DNA of 64,000 nt from an uncultured Pseudomonadota bacterium (GCA_963770835.1 CAVYRH010000004.1:715339-779338); one strand, 5' to 3'; counted from the first letter of the stretch, positions 18,380-28,687 are shown. Notes: generated by a model from the letters alone, not told the origin. A program made the numbers and translations.

Positions 18380-19183
18380 GTGGGAGCTCCTTTTTTTCAA
18401 GTCGACGCTTTCGTTACCGATAAGCCTTTCTCGGGAAACCCGGCGGGGGTCTGCGTCCTGCCCGGCCCGGTGGAAGAGGCTTGGATGCAGAGCCTCGCCA
18501 TGGAAATCAACCAGGCCGAAACGGCGTTCCTTCACCCGGAGGGGAACGGCTACCGGCTGCGCTGGTTCACGCCCAGGATGGAAATTTCCCTTTGCGGCCA
18601 CGGAACCTTGGCCAGCGCCCATGTGCTCTGGAGCGAGGGGTTTCTAGGAAAGGGAAGGGAAGCCCTGTTTCACACGAAAAGCGGGTTGTTGAAGGCCGCC
18701 CAAAGGGATGGACGTATCGAAATGGATTTTCCCGCCAGGCCCGTCGAGCCTTGCGTCAAGCCCCCGGGGTTCGAGGAATCACTCGGTGTTCCCGTCCTGG
18801 GTTTAAGCCAAAGTGGAACCGCGTATTTGTCCGAATTGTCCTCCCCCGCCGCTGTCCGCGGGCTGAAGCCGGATTTCAAAAAAATGGAATCTTACCTCGA
18901 CGAACAGCTGCACGGTGTCATCGTCACGGCGGCCTCGGACGACCCGGCCTATGATTTTGTTTCCCGTTTCTTCGCTCCGACGGCGGGAATCCCGGAAGAC
19001 CATGTCACCGGTTCGGCCCACTGCTGCCTGGGGCCCTTTTGGCAAAAGCGGCTTGGAAAAAACAACTTCACGGCTTTTCAAGCCTCGGCCCGGGGCGGTA
19101 TCCTATCGGTTCGCTGTGAAGGGGATCGCGTTTATTTGGGCGGGAAGGCCGTAACGGTCACCCGCGGGGAATTACTTTTATAA
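18380..19183 (+). CDS. PhzF-family isomerase/epimerase
   Basis: QVDAF, GNPAGV, ETAF, LRWFTP, LCGHGTLA, ED.VTGSAH. Confidence 0.9.
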   Translation: MGAPFFQVDAFVTDKPFSGNPAGVCVLPGPVEEAWMQSLAMEINQAETAFLHPEGNGYRLRWFTPRMEISLCGHGTLASAHVLWSEGFLGKGREALFHTKSGLLKAAQRDGRIEMDFPARPVEPCVKPPGFEESLGVPVLGLSQSGTAYLSELSSPAAVRGLKPDFKKMESYLDEQLHGVIVTAASDDPAYDFVSRFFAPTAGIPEDHVTGSAHCCLGPFWQKRLGKNNFTAFQASARGGILSVRCEGDRVYLGGKAVTVTRGELLL

Positions 19184-19193
19184 GGAGATTCTT

Positions 19194-19760
19194 ATGTTCA
19201 GGAGAATGATCGTTTTGATGCCGGTATTATTTGTGGGGTTCCTCTTTCATTCGGTTTGTGGGGCCCAGGCGGCCCAACCTACACCCGCTCCGACAACTGA
19301 AAAACGCAAACCCATCGTTTGTAAATGGACGACGCTGGAAGGAATGCGTTACTACTATTCTGGGGTCAAAATCGCCGACGACAAAAGCTTGGGAAACCTC
19401 ATTTCTCCCCTGAACGACCCCGAAGCCAACCGTCTTATGGACGTCTCCTCCGGTTCCCACACTTCCGGGGTTGTCCTCCTTGTGGGAGGGAGCGTTTGTC
19501 TAGTTGGGGGATTAGTGGTGGCTGGGAGCAATTACGATAACGGTTCCCAAGCCCTCAATTCGACCGGAACATCCGGACTCGTGATCGCATTGGCCGGTTT
19601 GGTGGGGGATTACGTTGGATTATTCAAGATCGAGGAATCACGGACCGCCCAATTCGCCGCCGTTCAGCGTTATAACGCCATCGTTCACGGGGACGATGAA
19701 ACCACCTGGAACCTACCCAAGCCCGGAATGCAAACACAACTTCTAACACTCAAATTTTAA
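19194..19760 (+). CDS. Hypothetical exported membrane protein, paralog of 17110-17679
   Basis: KRKPI, L.DPEA.RL, AVQRYNAIV.GDDETTWNLP..LLTLKF. Confidence 0.72.
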   Translation: MFRRMIVLMPVLFVGFLFHSVCGAQAAQPTPAPTTEKRKPIVCKWTTLEGMRYYYSGVKIADDKSLGNLISPLNDPEANRLMDVSSGSHTSGVVLLVGGSVCLVGGLVVAGSNYDNGSQALNSTGTSGLVIALAGLVGDYVGLFKIEESRTAQFAAVQRYNAIVHGDDETTWNLPKPGMQTQLLTLKF

Positions 19761-19785
19761 TCTTCGTTCATAAACCGGAGGGGCC

Positions 19786-20229
19786 ATGCCGGATTTAAAA
19801 ACTATTGTTGAAGAAAACCAAAACCAGCGGGAACGGCTTGTATCGCTGATGAAGGCCCTGCGGGAGTCGGATTATTCCCGGGTCTTGCCCAACGGCTGGA
19901 CGGTGGGGGTTGCACTGGCCCACCTGGCTTTTTGGGACCTAAGCCAGGTCGCCCGATTGAAGCGCTGGTTGCAAGAAGACCTGAAGCCGTCCTCCCTGGA
20001 TGCGGAAGCCGTCAACGGTCCGCTGGCGGCCCTTTCCGAAGCCCTCCCGCCCAAGGCCGTCGTCAAACTGGCGACTGGCGCGGCGGAAGCCATTGACCGG
20101 CTGGTGGAGCAATTGACTCCCGAACAGGTTGAAACCTTGCTGGGGATGGGGCTGGAGCGCAACCTGCGCCGGTCCATCCACCGGCAGAATCACCTGGACA
20201 AAATCGAAGAAGTATTGGGTAAGGGCTAA
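19786..20229 (+). CDS. DinB-superfamily protein
   Basis: GWTVGVALAHLAFWD and C-terminal H...HL metal ligands. Confidence 0.75.
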   Translation: MPDLKTIVEENQNQRERLVSLMKALRESDYSRVLPNGWTVGVALAHLAFWDLSQVARLKRWLQEDLKPSSLDAEAVNGPLAALSEALPPKAVVKLATGAAEAIDRLVEQLTPEQVETLLGMGLERNLRRSIHRQNHLDKIEEVLGKG

Positions 20230-20356
20230 GAAGAGCTTTTCCCCATTTCGTTCAGTTCTTTGGAACTTTGATTTTTTTGTTGGGAATTTGACCGGTTTTA
20301 GCTTGTCACCTTCCGCTACCCCTGGTTAAGCTTTATGTGTCCGGCCTTTTGAATCT

Positions 20357-21349
20357 ATGCGTCTTGAGGGGGAATTTATGTGCCCATTCTTGAAACCGGC
20401 TTTATTGCTTCTGTTGTTGGGCTTGACCGGACTTTCCGGCAAGGCGGCCGCGGACGAAGGCAAGCGGTACCAGATCGGGGTCATCCCCAAGGGGGTAACG
20501 CATCTTTATTGGAAGACCATCCATGCGGGGGTGGTCAAGGCGGGGAAGGACCTGGGCGTGGACGTCCTCTGGGTCGGGTCGAAAACCGAGAATGACCGCA
20601 AACAGCAGATCGAGACGATGCAGGATTTCATCAGCCGTAAGGTCGACGCCATCGTACTGGCCCCCCTGGACGACAAAGCCCTGGTGGAGCCGGTCGAGGA
20701 GGCTTCCAAGGCCGGAATCCCGGTGGTCATCATCGACTCGGACCTTCAATCCACCGCCCAGATCAGCTTCGTGGCCACGAACAACAAGGAAGGCGGGCGC
20801 AAAGGGGCGGACCAACTGGGCCTGGTGATGGGTGGCAAGGGTAAGGCCCTGATGCTGCGTTACCTTGAGGGCTCGGCCAGCACCGCCGACCGCGAGGAAG
20901 GCTTCCTGGAGGAAATGGCCAAGAAATACCCCGACATCGACATCGTTTCCTCAGGTCAATACGCGGGGGCCACCAAGGAATCGGCCCTGCAGGCCGCCCA
21001 GGACATTCTCAACAAGTACCCCGACGTGGAAGGCATCTTCTGCCCCAATGAAGTGACGGTCTTGGCCATGTTGGGGGCCCTCCAGGCCTCCGGCAAGGCG
21101 GGCATGATCAAGTTCGTGGGGTTCGACACCGGCAAGGTAATGCTGGAAGGGCTCAAGAGCGGCGCCATCAGCGCACTGATTTCGCAAGACCCCTTTAACA
21201 TGGGTTATGAGGGCGTGAAAACCGCCGTGGACTACTTGAAGGGCAAGAAGGTGGAGTCCATCCTCCCCACCCGGCTTTTGATCGTCACCCGGGAAAACAT
21301 GAACGAACCCAAGGTGAAGAAGGTCATCTACCCCGACGTGGACAAGTGA
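20357..21349 (+). CDS. Sugar ABC-transporter periplasmic binding protein (RbsB-like), no permease adjacent
   Basis: VDAIVLAP, GIPVVIIDS, REEGF, VGFD, QDPFNMGY; start may be 20378. Confidence 0.88.
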   Translation: MRLEGEFMCPFLKPALLLLLLGLTGLSGKAAADEGKRYQIGVIPKGVTHLYWKTIHAGVVKAGKDLGVDVLWVGSKTENDRKQQIETMQDFISRKVDAIVLAPLDDKALVEPVEEASKAGIPVVIIDSDLQSTAQISFVATNNKEGGRKGADQLGLVMGGKGKALMLRYLEGSASTADREEGFLEEMAKKYPDIDIVSSGQYAGATKESALQAAQDILNKYPDVEGIFCPNEVTVLAMLGALQASGKAGMIKFVGFDTGKVMLEGLKSGAISALISQDPFNMGYEGVKTAVDYLKGKKVESILPTRLLIVTRENMNEPKVKKVIYPDVDK

Positions 21350-21387
21350 CCGGAATGGGCCGGTGGAAATACCTTCCTTGAAAAACC

Positions 21388-21948
21388 TTAATTGGGGTTG
21401 GATTCGGCCGCCAGGGCTTTATAAATTTCCTGGGCGGGCTGAAAGGTCGATTTCAGGATCTCCAAAATCTTTATGTTGTTCTTCAAAAGGTTGAATTGGG
21501 CCGTTCGGGGGTTCAAGGCCGCAGTGGCGGCCGTGGCCTGGGTGGCCTGGATGAGGCTATTGGCGATCTGCCAACTGGCGTAAACATTAGAGATCTTCTC
21601 GTTGACGGCTTCGTTGTCGTCTTTGCCTAGGCGCTCGAGCTTGAAGAAGGTCGGGTTGGAAAAGTAAACGGAGGTCGACAGGGGAACCTGGAAGGTTTCC
21701 TGGAGTTTGGCGTATTTGTCCGCGTTATCCAGCACGTTTTGGATACGGCCTAAGTTGGTTTGGACCTCGGTTTTCATGGCCAAGATGCGGTAGGAGGCGG
21801 CTTTTTCCTGGGAAGTGAAGATAGCCTGGATGATCTGACGGGTGCTGGAAATCTGGAAGACCGCCACCACTACGCCCACGATGGCGAAAAAATTCGTCAT
21901 GATTTGGATGCTCAAGGCATGCTTGTGGAAAAATTTAAGGAATTTCAT
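21388..21948 (-). CDS. Hypothetical membrane-anchored protein
   Basis: 186 aa ORF with one N-terminal TM helix. Confidence 0.6.
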   Translation of the reverse strand: MKFLKFFHKHALSIQIMTNFFAIVGVVVAVFQISSTRQIIQAIFTSQEKAASYRILAMKTEVQTNLGRIQNVLDNADKYAKLQETFQVPLSTSVYFSNPTFFKLERLGKDDNEAVNEKISNVYASWQIANSLIQATQATAATAALNPRTAQFNLLKNNIKILEILKSTFQPAQEIYKALAAESNPN

Positions 21949-22057
21949 AGTTCCCCTTTCTGAATGGCCCTCATTCTAAGAGGGGGACTGCCCGGAAACA
22001 ACGAAGAACGGGAAAAGCACCCAGGGGTTGGCCGGTAATTTGATTTATAATTAACCC

Positions 22058-22651
22058 ATGCCCGAGCAATCCCCTGATAAAGACGGAAGTGAATTTCCCG
22101 GCGCGGCCAAGGCGACCTCCATCAGCCTGGCCCTGGAGGATTACGAGGACATCTTCTCGGACTTCGACCCCCGGCCCTATTCGGAGCGCAGCCTCTCGGA
22201 GGACTTCCTATACGAACTCCAACGCGCGGCGTTCAACAAGGAGGAAAGCGGCCTGGTGGTGACCCTGCTGCTGCCCAAGGAAGAACGTAACGCGGCCCAG
22301 GAGAAAGTCATCCTGGAGCGCCTCAAGAGCCATTTCCGCCGCCTCCACCGGAGGCTGGAGGACAAACGCAAGGGCGAGGTTAAAACCGGCGCCTGGATGG
22401 TGGCCTTGGGAGTGGCTTTCATGTTCCTGGCCACCTACATCCTTTATGAGATCAAGCAGACGCTTTGGACGGCCTTTATCGTCGTCCTCCTGGAACCGGC
22501 GGGATGGTTCATGTTTTGGGAGGGCTCCAGCCTCATCCTTTTTAAGGCGAAAGAAGTGGCTCCCGAATTGACCTTCTACCGTAAATTATCCGGCGCAAAA
22601 ATTACTTTTGCCGCCATAGCCCCCACTCCGGCACCGGGAGCGGCCAAATGA
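22058..22651 (+). CDS. Hypothetical two-TM membrane protein
   Basis: YEDIFSDFDPRPYSERSLSEDF ... EPAGWFMFWEG. Confidence 0.72.
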   Translation: MPEQSPDKDGSEFPGAAKATSISLALEDYEDIFSDFDPRPYSERSLSEDFLYELQRAAFNKEESGLVVTLLLPKEERNAAQEKVILERLKSHFRRLHRRLEDKRKGEVKTGAWMVALGVAFMFLATYILYEIKQTLWTAFIVVLLEPAGWFMFWEGSSLILFKAKEVAPELTFYRKLSGAKITFAAIAPTPAPGAAK

Positions 22652-24549
22652 ACCATTCCCGAACTTTCCTTCGCGTGGGGCCGGCTTTGGCCTTTCTCTT
22701 GGGACTATCTCTTATGGGATGGGGCCAGCCCGTCTCCACCCCCATCTCCACCCCTTCCATTGCCCCCACGCCCGGCGAAACCGACTATTCCAAGGTTATC
22801 CAAGACCTGGAACAATTCATCCCCGAGGAGATGGGAAATAAACGCGTGAAGGGTCTCAGCATCGCCTTGGTGGATGGGGACAGGGTTGTCTGGGTGAAAG
22901 GCTTCGGCTACGCCAACAGGGAAAAACAAATCAACGCCGACGGCGACACCCTTTACCACCTGGGGGCGGTTTCCAAAATCTTCACCGCGGCGGAGGTTTT
23001 AGGACTCGTCAAAAAGGGAAGGATCGGCCTGGACTTGCCGGTTCAAAAGTACATCCCCGGCTTTTCCATCCAAAGCCGCTTCAAGCAAGCCAAGGCCATC
23101 ACGGTGCGGTCCCTGCTGGCCAACCATTCGGGCCTGCCGGGTTTTTACCTCAAGGGCCTCTGGGTGGACCACCCGGAGAGTCTGGAGGATTTCGTAGGCG
23201 AGCTCAAGAGCGACTACCTGGTGGCCCCGCCTCAAACCCTTTATAAATATTCTTACGTGGATTACGACTTGCTTGGGCGGTTGGTCGAGTTGAAGCGAAA
23301 ACAACCTTTCGCCCAGGCCGTCCAGGAAGACCTTTTCGAACCGCTGGGGATGAATTCCTCCTCCTTCAACAACGCCTCGGATACCGATCCCCATTTGGCC
23401 CAGGGCTACCGCAACGGCGACCCGGTAGCCCTGATGCATATGCGGGATATCCCGGCGGCGGGCATGGTTTCCTCAGCCCGCGACCTGGCCCGGTTCCTCC
23501 AATTCGTCTTGGGCGGGGGCGACCCCGGTGACACCCAGCCCTCGGGACAAAAGACCATGGAATCCATGTTCACGCCCGCTTACCCCAACCTTCCACTGGA
23601 TTTCGGCCATGAAGTGGGGATGGGTTGGCAATTGTCAGGCATCGACCTTCCGGGGGCCCGAGGCGTGGCCTGGCACGATGGCCAATACCCGCCCTACAAC
23701 GCCCAGGTGGCCGCCCTTTACCGGCAGGGCCTGGGACTCGTGCTTCTTTCCAACTGCGCGGAGGGGTACGCCCTTCAGGGCGACGTGACGGATCGGGCCA
23801 TGAAGCTGATGCTTCAGGCCAAATACGGCATCTCCGAGGACCTGAAAAAGAAGAAAATCGAAATGCCGAAGACGGTCGAGGTGCCTCCGGACCAGCTGGA
23901 CCGGGACACGGGCTACTATTCGGCCCTCGGCCAATTGATGAAGATCACCCGCAAGGACGGCCACCTGGGGGCCGAGTGGGACGGCCATGACCTGGACCTG
24001 CTTCCCATCGCCCAGGACACCTTTGTGCCCCACATCACTTTCATCATTTTCCCCATCGACCTGCCCCAGTTCCCCCTCACCTTTTCCCGGGTGGACAACC
24101 AGCCCATGGCGGTGCTAGGCGGGCTAACCTTCCCCATACCCTTGGAATCGATCCAGCCGGTGGAAATCCCCCAGGCCTGGAAAGAGCGGGAGGGGGACTA
24201 CGAGCTGGAAAACCCGGACGGCGTGTTCACCTTCAGCAAGATTTCAATGGGGGAGAAGGAGGGCTTCCTGACAGTGGACATCAAGGTTTCCTTCCCGGCC
24301 TTCGACCTCAAGGATAGGGAATTCAAGGTGGCCCTTTTGCCCCTTTCCGACGACGAAGCCCTGGTGCCGGGGCTTTTTTACGGGGACGGGGGAACGCTGC
24401 ACGTGGAGAATGACGGGGAGGAGGAACGGGTTTTCTATTCGGGATATTGGTACAAGAAAAAGCCGGGCCCGGGGACGCCGGTGGTTCCCACTCCCAAGCC
24501 GGTTCCGGCGGAGCCCACCGCGCAAGGCGAAGGCACCCCGAAGTCCTAG
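22648..24549 (+). CDS. Secreted beta-lactamase/serine-hydrolase-fold protein
   Basis: GLSIALVD, LLANHSGL, FEPLGM, PAAGMVSSARDLARF, WHDG; SxxK position reads AVSK. Confidence 0.82.
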   Translation: MNHSRTFLRVGPALAFLLGLSLMGWGQPVSTPISTPSIAPTPGETDYSKVIQDLEQFIPEEMGNKRVKGLSIALVDGDRVVWVKGFGYANREKQINADGDTLYHLGAVSKIFTAAEVLGLVKKGRIGLDLPVQKYIPGFSIQSRFKQAKAITVRSLLANHSGLPGFYLKGLWVDHPESLEDFVGELKSDYLVAPPQTLYKYSYVDYDLLGRLVELKRKQPFAQAVQEDLFEPLGMNSSSFNNASDTDPHLAQGYRNGDPVALMHMRDIPAAGMVSSARDLARFLQFVLGGGDPGDTQPSGQKTMESMFTPAYPNLPLDFGHEVGMGWQLSGIDLPGARGVAWHDGQYPPYNAQVAALYRQGLGLVLLSNCAEGYALQGDVTDRAMKLMLQAKYGISEDLKKKKIEMPKTVEVPPDQLDRDTGYYSALGQLMKITRKDGHLGAEWDGHDLDLLPIAQDTFVPHITFIIFPIDLPQFPLTFSRVDNQPMAVLGGLTFPIPLESIQPVEIPQAWKEREGDYELENPDGVFTFSKISMGEKEGFLTVDIKVSFPAFDLKDREFKVALLPLSDDEALVPGLFYGDGGTLHVENDGEEERVFYSGYWYKKKPGPGTPVVPTPKPVPAEPTAQGEGTPKS

Positions 24550-24577
24550 CTTTGCCTAATCCGCCTCCAACAACCCA

Positions 24578-25258
24578 TTAAAACCTTCGGGCGGCTTCCT
24601 CGAGAATGGCGACCGTAGCAGTGGCCCCCACGCGGGTAACGCCCAGGTCCAGCACTTCCAAAAGGCGGTCGAGGGTCCGGATTCCCCCGGCGGCCTTGAC
24701 CTGCACCGAAGGGGAAACATTGGCGCGCATCAGTTTTATATCCTCGTTCGTGGCGCCGCCGGGGCCGTAGCCGGTGGAAGTTTTCACGAAGTCCGCCCCG
24801 AGGCTTTCACAGAGCTGGCATAACTTGATCTTGTGCCTGTCCGTCAGGTAGCAGTTCTCGAAAATGACCTTGCAAACGGCCTGGTTGGCCTTGCACACGT
24901 TGATCACGGCCCGGATATCCGATTCCACGTAAAGCCAGTCATCGCTCAAGACCTTTCCGATATTCACCACCATATCCAGCTCGGTGGCCCCATTTTGGAG
25001 GGCTTGGTGCGCTTCCATGATTTTCACAGCGCTCCGATGGCCGCCGTGGGGAAAACCCACGACCGTGCCGACCGCCACGCCGGAAAATTCCAGCAATTCC
25101 ACGGCCTTGGAAACGAAATAGGGTTTGATGCAGACCGAAGCGACCTTGTATTTTTTGGCGGTTTCGATCCCTTCCAACAGGTCCTTGTCCGTCATGACGG
25201 GATTCAAGAGGGAATGATCGATCATCTTAGCCAGGGAAGCGGCCGTGTGGTTTTTCAT
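24578..25258 (-). CDS. deoC: Deoxyribose-phosphate aldolase
   Basis: IDHSLL, VVGFPHG, ELDMV, KVIFE, FVKTSTG, KAAGGIR. Confidence 0.95.
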   Translation of the reverse strand: MKNHTAASLAKMIDHSLLNPVMTDKDLLEGIETAKKYKVASVCIKPYFVSKAVELLEFSGVAVGTVVGFPHGGHRSAVKIMEAHQALQNGATELDMVVNIGKVLSDDWLYVESDIRAVINVCKANQAVCKVIFENCYLTDRHKIKLCQLCESLGADFVKTSTGYGPGGATNEDIKLMRANVSPSVQVKAAGGIRTLDRLLEVLDLGVTRVGATATVAILEEAARRF

Positions 25259-25267
25259 GGGGTTATT

Positions 25268-26374
25268 TTACAACCGGCTGATGGCCAAGTCACCTATGCG
25301 GTTCCGGCCGGCCGATTTGGCCTGGTACAGGCTTTCGTCCGCCAGCTTGATGAGTTCCTTGTAATCGGACATCGAATCGGAAAAACAGCCGATTCCCAAA
25401 CTGGCGCCGATTTTTTGGCCAGGAATTCCCAGGGGTTCCAGGGGAACGGGGTGTTCGGTGATGGACCTGAACAGCCTTTCCGCGACGTTCTTTGCGCCGT
25501 CCGGGCCCACTTCGGGCAGGATGACCGCGAACTCGTCCCCGCCCAACCTCGCTACGATATCCACGTTCCTCAAGCCCTGGACCAGGCGGCCGGCCACATG
25601 CTTTAAAACCAGGTCCCCGGCGGGATGGCCGTGAAGGTCGTTGATACCCTTAAAGTTGTCCAAGTCGATGTAAAGAAGGCTGAGGAACCGCTTGTACCGG
25701 CGGCAGCGAAGGACTTCCCGGGGGAGGTAGTTGTCGAAGTAACGGCGGTTGTAAATGCCGGTCAATCCGTCCTTGATGGTCATGTCCTTGATTTTTTCGT
25801 GGAGATGGAAGGACTCGACAGCTAGGCCGGCCTGGGTAGCGAAACTGACCAGGGAATCCAGGTCGGATTTCTTCAGGCGGCGCCGGGTGAAGAGGTTGTC
25901 CACCGCGAGGACACCGATGATCTGGTTACTTCCCACGGTGATAGGAACCACCGCGTTACAAATAACTCCCGGATCGATGTTTCTTTCCCAGTCTTTTTTC
26001 CGGACCCTTCTGCGAAGATTATTCGTAAAGAAAGGCTTCGTATAACCGTGGACCATGTCCGATAGCCAGTGGGTTCCCTTGACGGCGGAAACAGGAAGAT
26101 CCTCGCAATTTCCCTCGAACTTGCCGTAACGGTCGATGCCGATCATTCTTTGGCCGATACGGCGGTCCCAGTCCACCATGAAAATACCGGCGCGGTCATA
26201 GCCCAAGCCCTTGGTGACGGAGAGGATAAGAAGCTTGAGGATGTCCTCGAAACTGTGCCCCTCACGCATGACTTCCATCAGGCGCTGGTACATGAGGACT
26301 TCTTGGGTGAGAACTTTCTTTTCGAGAAGGGCCTTTTGCAGAAGGCTCTGCTTTTGGGGGGGCCTGTGGGCCAT
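25268..26374 (-). CDS. GAF-GGDEF diguanylate cyclase
   Basis: GAF domain, DGLTGIYNRR, I-site RNVD, intact GGDEF. Confidence 0.92.
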   Translation of the reverse strand: MAHRPPQKQSLLQKALLEKKVLTQEVLMYQRLMEVMREGHSFEDILKLLILSVTKGLGYDRAGIFMVDWDRRIGQRMIGIDRYGKFEGNCEDLPVSAVKGTHWLSDMVHGYTKPFFTNNLRRRVRKKDWERNIDPGVICNAVVPITVGSNQIIGVLAVDNLFTRRRLKKSDLDSLVSFATQAGLAVESFHLHEKIKDMTIKDGLTGIYNRRYFDNYLPREVLRCRRYKRFLSLLYIDLDNFKGINDLHGHPAGDLVLKHVAGRLVQGLRNVDIVARLGGDEFAVILPEVGPDGAKNVAERLFRSITEHPVPLEPLGIPGQKIGASLGIGCFSDSMSDYKELIKLADESLYQAKSAGRNRIGDLAISRL

Positions 26375-26532
26375 ATAACCTCCAGCAGAGGGAAATCCGT
26401 TTAACCTTAATGGTTTAACGTATAAATTATTACTCTTTTTTGTCTTTTTGTCAAATGAAAATATTGCACAAGGTTTTTTTCAAAAAACCCCTAAAAAAAC
26501 AATCTTAGATGAAAGGTGAAGATCGAGCTGGT

Positions 26533-27957
26533 TTAGGGATTTTGACGGTAATCCCAAACAGTGGTGCTTCCCGAGGATTTCGCCAAAGCCCTTTCCAGCT
26601 TGGAGCGGTCAGGCGATAAGCCGCAGGCGGGATCAGTGGTGGCAGGGTTTCCGGTTAAAAGGGCGGCCTGGCAGCGGCAGCCGCCGAAATCCACTTCCTT
26701 CAAGTCGCAGGACGAACAGGGTTCGGGCATCCAGTCCGTTCCCCGGAAGCGGTTGAAGGATTCGCTTTTTTCCCAAATCCAATCCAAGCTTTTCTCCCGC
26801 ACGTTTTCGAGCTTCAGGGAACCGATGGAATAGGCCGTGGGACAAGGCAGCACTTGGCCGGAGGGGTTCACCGTAATGTAGCGCCTTCCCCAGCCGTTCA
26901 TGCAGGGCTTGGGACGGTCATAAAAATAATCGGGGATCACGTAAAGGATCTCCATTTTTCCCTGGAGCCGGGTCCGGGCTTTTCCGGCAACTTCCGCGGA
27001 TGCCATCACCTGCTCCCGGGTAGGCAGGAGGCGGGAGCGGTTGCGGAAGGCCCAACCGTAATATTGGGTGTTGGCCAGTTCCAGCCGGTGGGCGCCCAGG
27101 GATTCGGCCAGGGCGATTAGTTTTTCCAAATGTCCGATATTGTCCCGGTGTAGAACGACATTGACGGTCAGAGGAAGACCCAGGGCCCGAACGGTTTGGG
27201 CCGCCTCCAGTTTGCGGACGTGGGCCTTGGTTCCCGCGATCTCGTCAGCCAGGGATTCCTCCTCGGCCTGAAAACTGAGCTGCACACTGTCCAACCCCGC
27301 TTCTTTCAAGGTCCCGGCCCTTTGGGGGGAAAGCCCCAAGCCGCTGGTGATAAGGTTGGTGTAAAGACCCAATTGGTGCGCGTGGGAAACCAGTTCCTCA
27401 AGGTCGGGGCGTTGGAGCGGCTCTCCCCCGGAAAAAAGCGCGTGCAAGACACCCAGGTCCCGGGCCTGGGCTAGGACCTCCTTCCATTTTTCCATCGGAA
27501 GTTCGGCCCCCCGGGGTTTGGACTTGTCCCAAACCGGATTGGAGCAATAGGGGCAGTGCAGGGGGCAGCGGTAGGTTAGCTCTGCCAGGAGGCCCAGGGG
27601 CCTGTATTCAGCGGCCATTCTTTCATGGGAAGAAGCGGCGCTGGAAAAAACTGAAATAGGCGAGGGGGTGGTTGCCGGCGAAGGTTCGCCCCACTCCACC
27701 AGGCCCTTCGCCTGAAGACCAGCCAGGGTTTTTTCCACATCTCCGGAAAGGAATTCGACGGGGGTTTTGAACTCCTCCGAAAGCTTCTGGAGTATTTCCC
27801 CCAGGAACCTCCGGCCGTCGCAGAGGCGTAGGATAGCCCCCGCGCTTTCGTTGAGTTTCAGCAGGCCCTCCGGGTAAAGCAGCACCCACCGGCCCGTGGC
27901 CGGGTCCTCCTGGAGCCGGGTCCGACCAGCCAGCCTGGGCGTCAAATCTTCCTTCAT
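26533..27957 (-). CDS. pqqE: Fused PqqD-PqqE (RRE chaperone plus radical SAM)
   Basis: True start ATG 27957 overlaps the pqqC stop; N-terminal WVLLYPEGLLKLNESAGAIL..CDG (PqqD), then ELTYRCPLHCPYCSNP, PKPCM.GWG, DFGGCRCQA (PqqE). Confidence 0.92.
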   Translation of the reverse strand: MKEDLTPRLAGRTRLQEDPATGRWVLLYPEGLLKLNESAGAILRLCDGRRFLGEILQKLSEEFKTPVEFLSGDVEKTLAGLQAKGLVEWGEPSPATTPSPISVFSSAASSHERMAAEYRPLGLLAELTYRCPLHCPYCSNPVWDKSKPRGAELPMEKWKEVLAQARDLGVLHALFSGGEPLQRPDLEELVSHAHQLGLYTNLITSGLGLSPQRAGTLKEAGLDSVQLSFQAEEESLADEIAGTKAHVRKLEAAQTVRALGLPLTVNVVLHRDNIGHLEKLIALAESLGAHRLELANTQYYGWAFRNRSRLLPTREQVMASAEVAGKARTRLQGKMEILYVIPDYFYDRPKPCMNGWGRRYITVNPSGQVLPCPTAYSIGSLKLENVREKSLDWIWEKSESFNRFRGTDWMPEPCSSCDLKEVDFGGCRCQAALLTGNPATTDPACGLSPDRSKLERALAKSSGSTTVWDYRQNP

Positions 27958-28685
27958 GGCCGGTCCCCGCCGCCATAAGCCTCGGCCATGGCGTCCAACA
28001 GGTTCCAGAGTAGACCGCATTTGAACTGGAGGGCCTTGACGGCCTCTTCCTGCAGGTCGCGGGTATCGCAATAGGTGAAGGTGAGTTCCAAGCCCTGGTC
28101 CGAATCCACGCGGGCCTGGGTGACGCGGGATCGGAAATATTCCAGGCCCCAGGGTTTCAACCAGGTGTAGTAGTTCTCGAAGGCCGCGATGCGTTCCCGC
28201 ATGAGGTCGGGGGCGAAAAGCTCGGTCAGGGAGGAAGCCACGGCGATGGGCCAGGGCTTGGTGCGGGCAAAGTGCACGTAGGAATCCACCGCGGCCCGGG
28301 CCTTGGGGAGCAGGCCCTTGTCCGAAAGCAGGTCCTCTCGGGTAAGCCCGGCGGCCTCGCCCAGCTTGAGCCAGGCCTCGATGCCGCCCTCGCCCTCCCG
28401 AAGCCCGTCGTGGTCGCTGATGCGGTGGAGCCACACCCGCCGGACCTCCCGGATGGGGCAGTTGGAAATAAGGGCCGCGTCCTTCACCGGGATATTTCGC
28501 TGGTAGTAGAAACGGTTCACGATCCAGCCCCTTACTTGGTCCGGGGCGAGCTTCCCCTGGTTCATGCGCAGGTGGAATGGATGCTTATCGTGGTAACTGG
28601 TCATGCCCACCGAGCGCAGGCGGTCCCGGAAGGCGTCGCGGTCCAGGGTTTGTTCTGCCGAATTTCCAGGAGTTTCAGGGGACAT
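27954..28685 (-). CDS. pqqC: Pyrroloquinoline-quinone synthase
   Basis: YHDKHPFH, NRFYYQ..IPVKDA, RISDHDG, SSLTELFAP. Confidence 0.95.
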   Translation of the reverse strand: MSPETPGNSAEQTLDRDAFRDRLRSVGMTSYHDKHPFHLRMNQGKLAPDQVRGWIVNRFYYQRNIPVKDAALISNCPIREVRRVWLHRISDHDGLREGEGGIEAWLKLGEAAGLTREDLLSDKGLLPKARAAVDSYVHFARTKPWPIAVASSLTELFAPDLMRERIAAFENYYTWLKPWGLEYFRSRVTQARVDSDQGLELTFTYCDTRDLQEEAVKALQFKCGLLWNLLDAMAEAYGGGDRP

Positions 28686-28687
28686 TT

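Noticed and set aside
27958..28434. N-terminal extension of the 633-aa pqqE ORF in the track
   Set aside because: It overlaps pqqC in another frame; the real start is the ATG at 27957 coupled to the pqqC stop.
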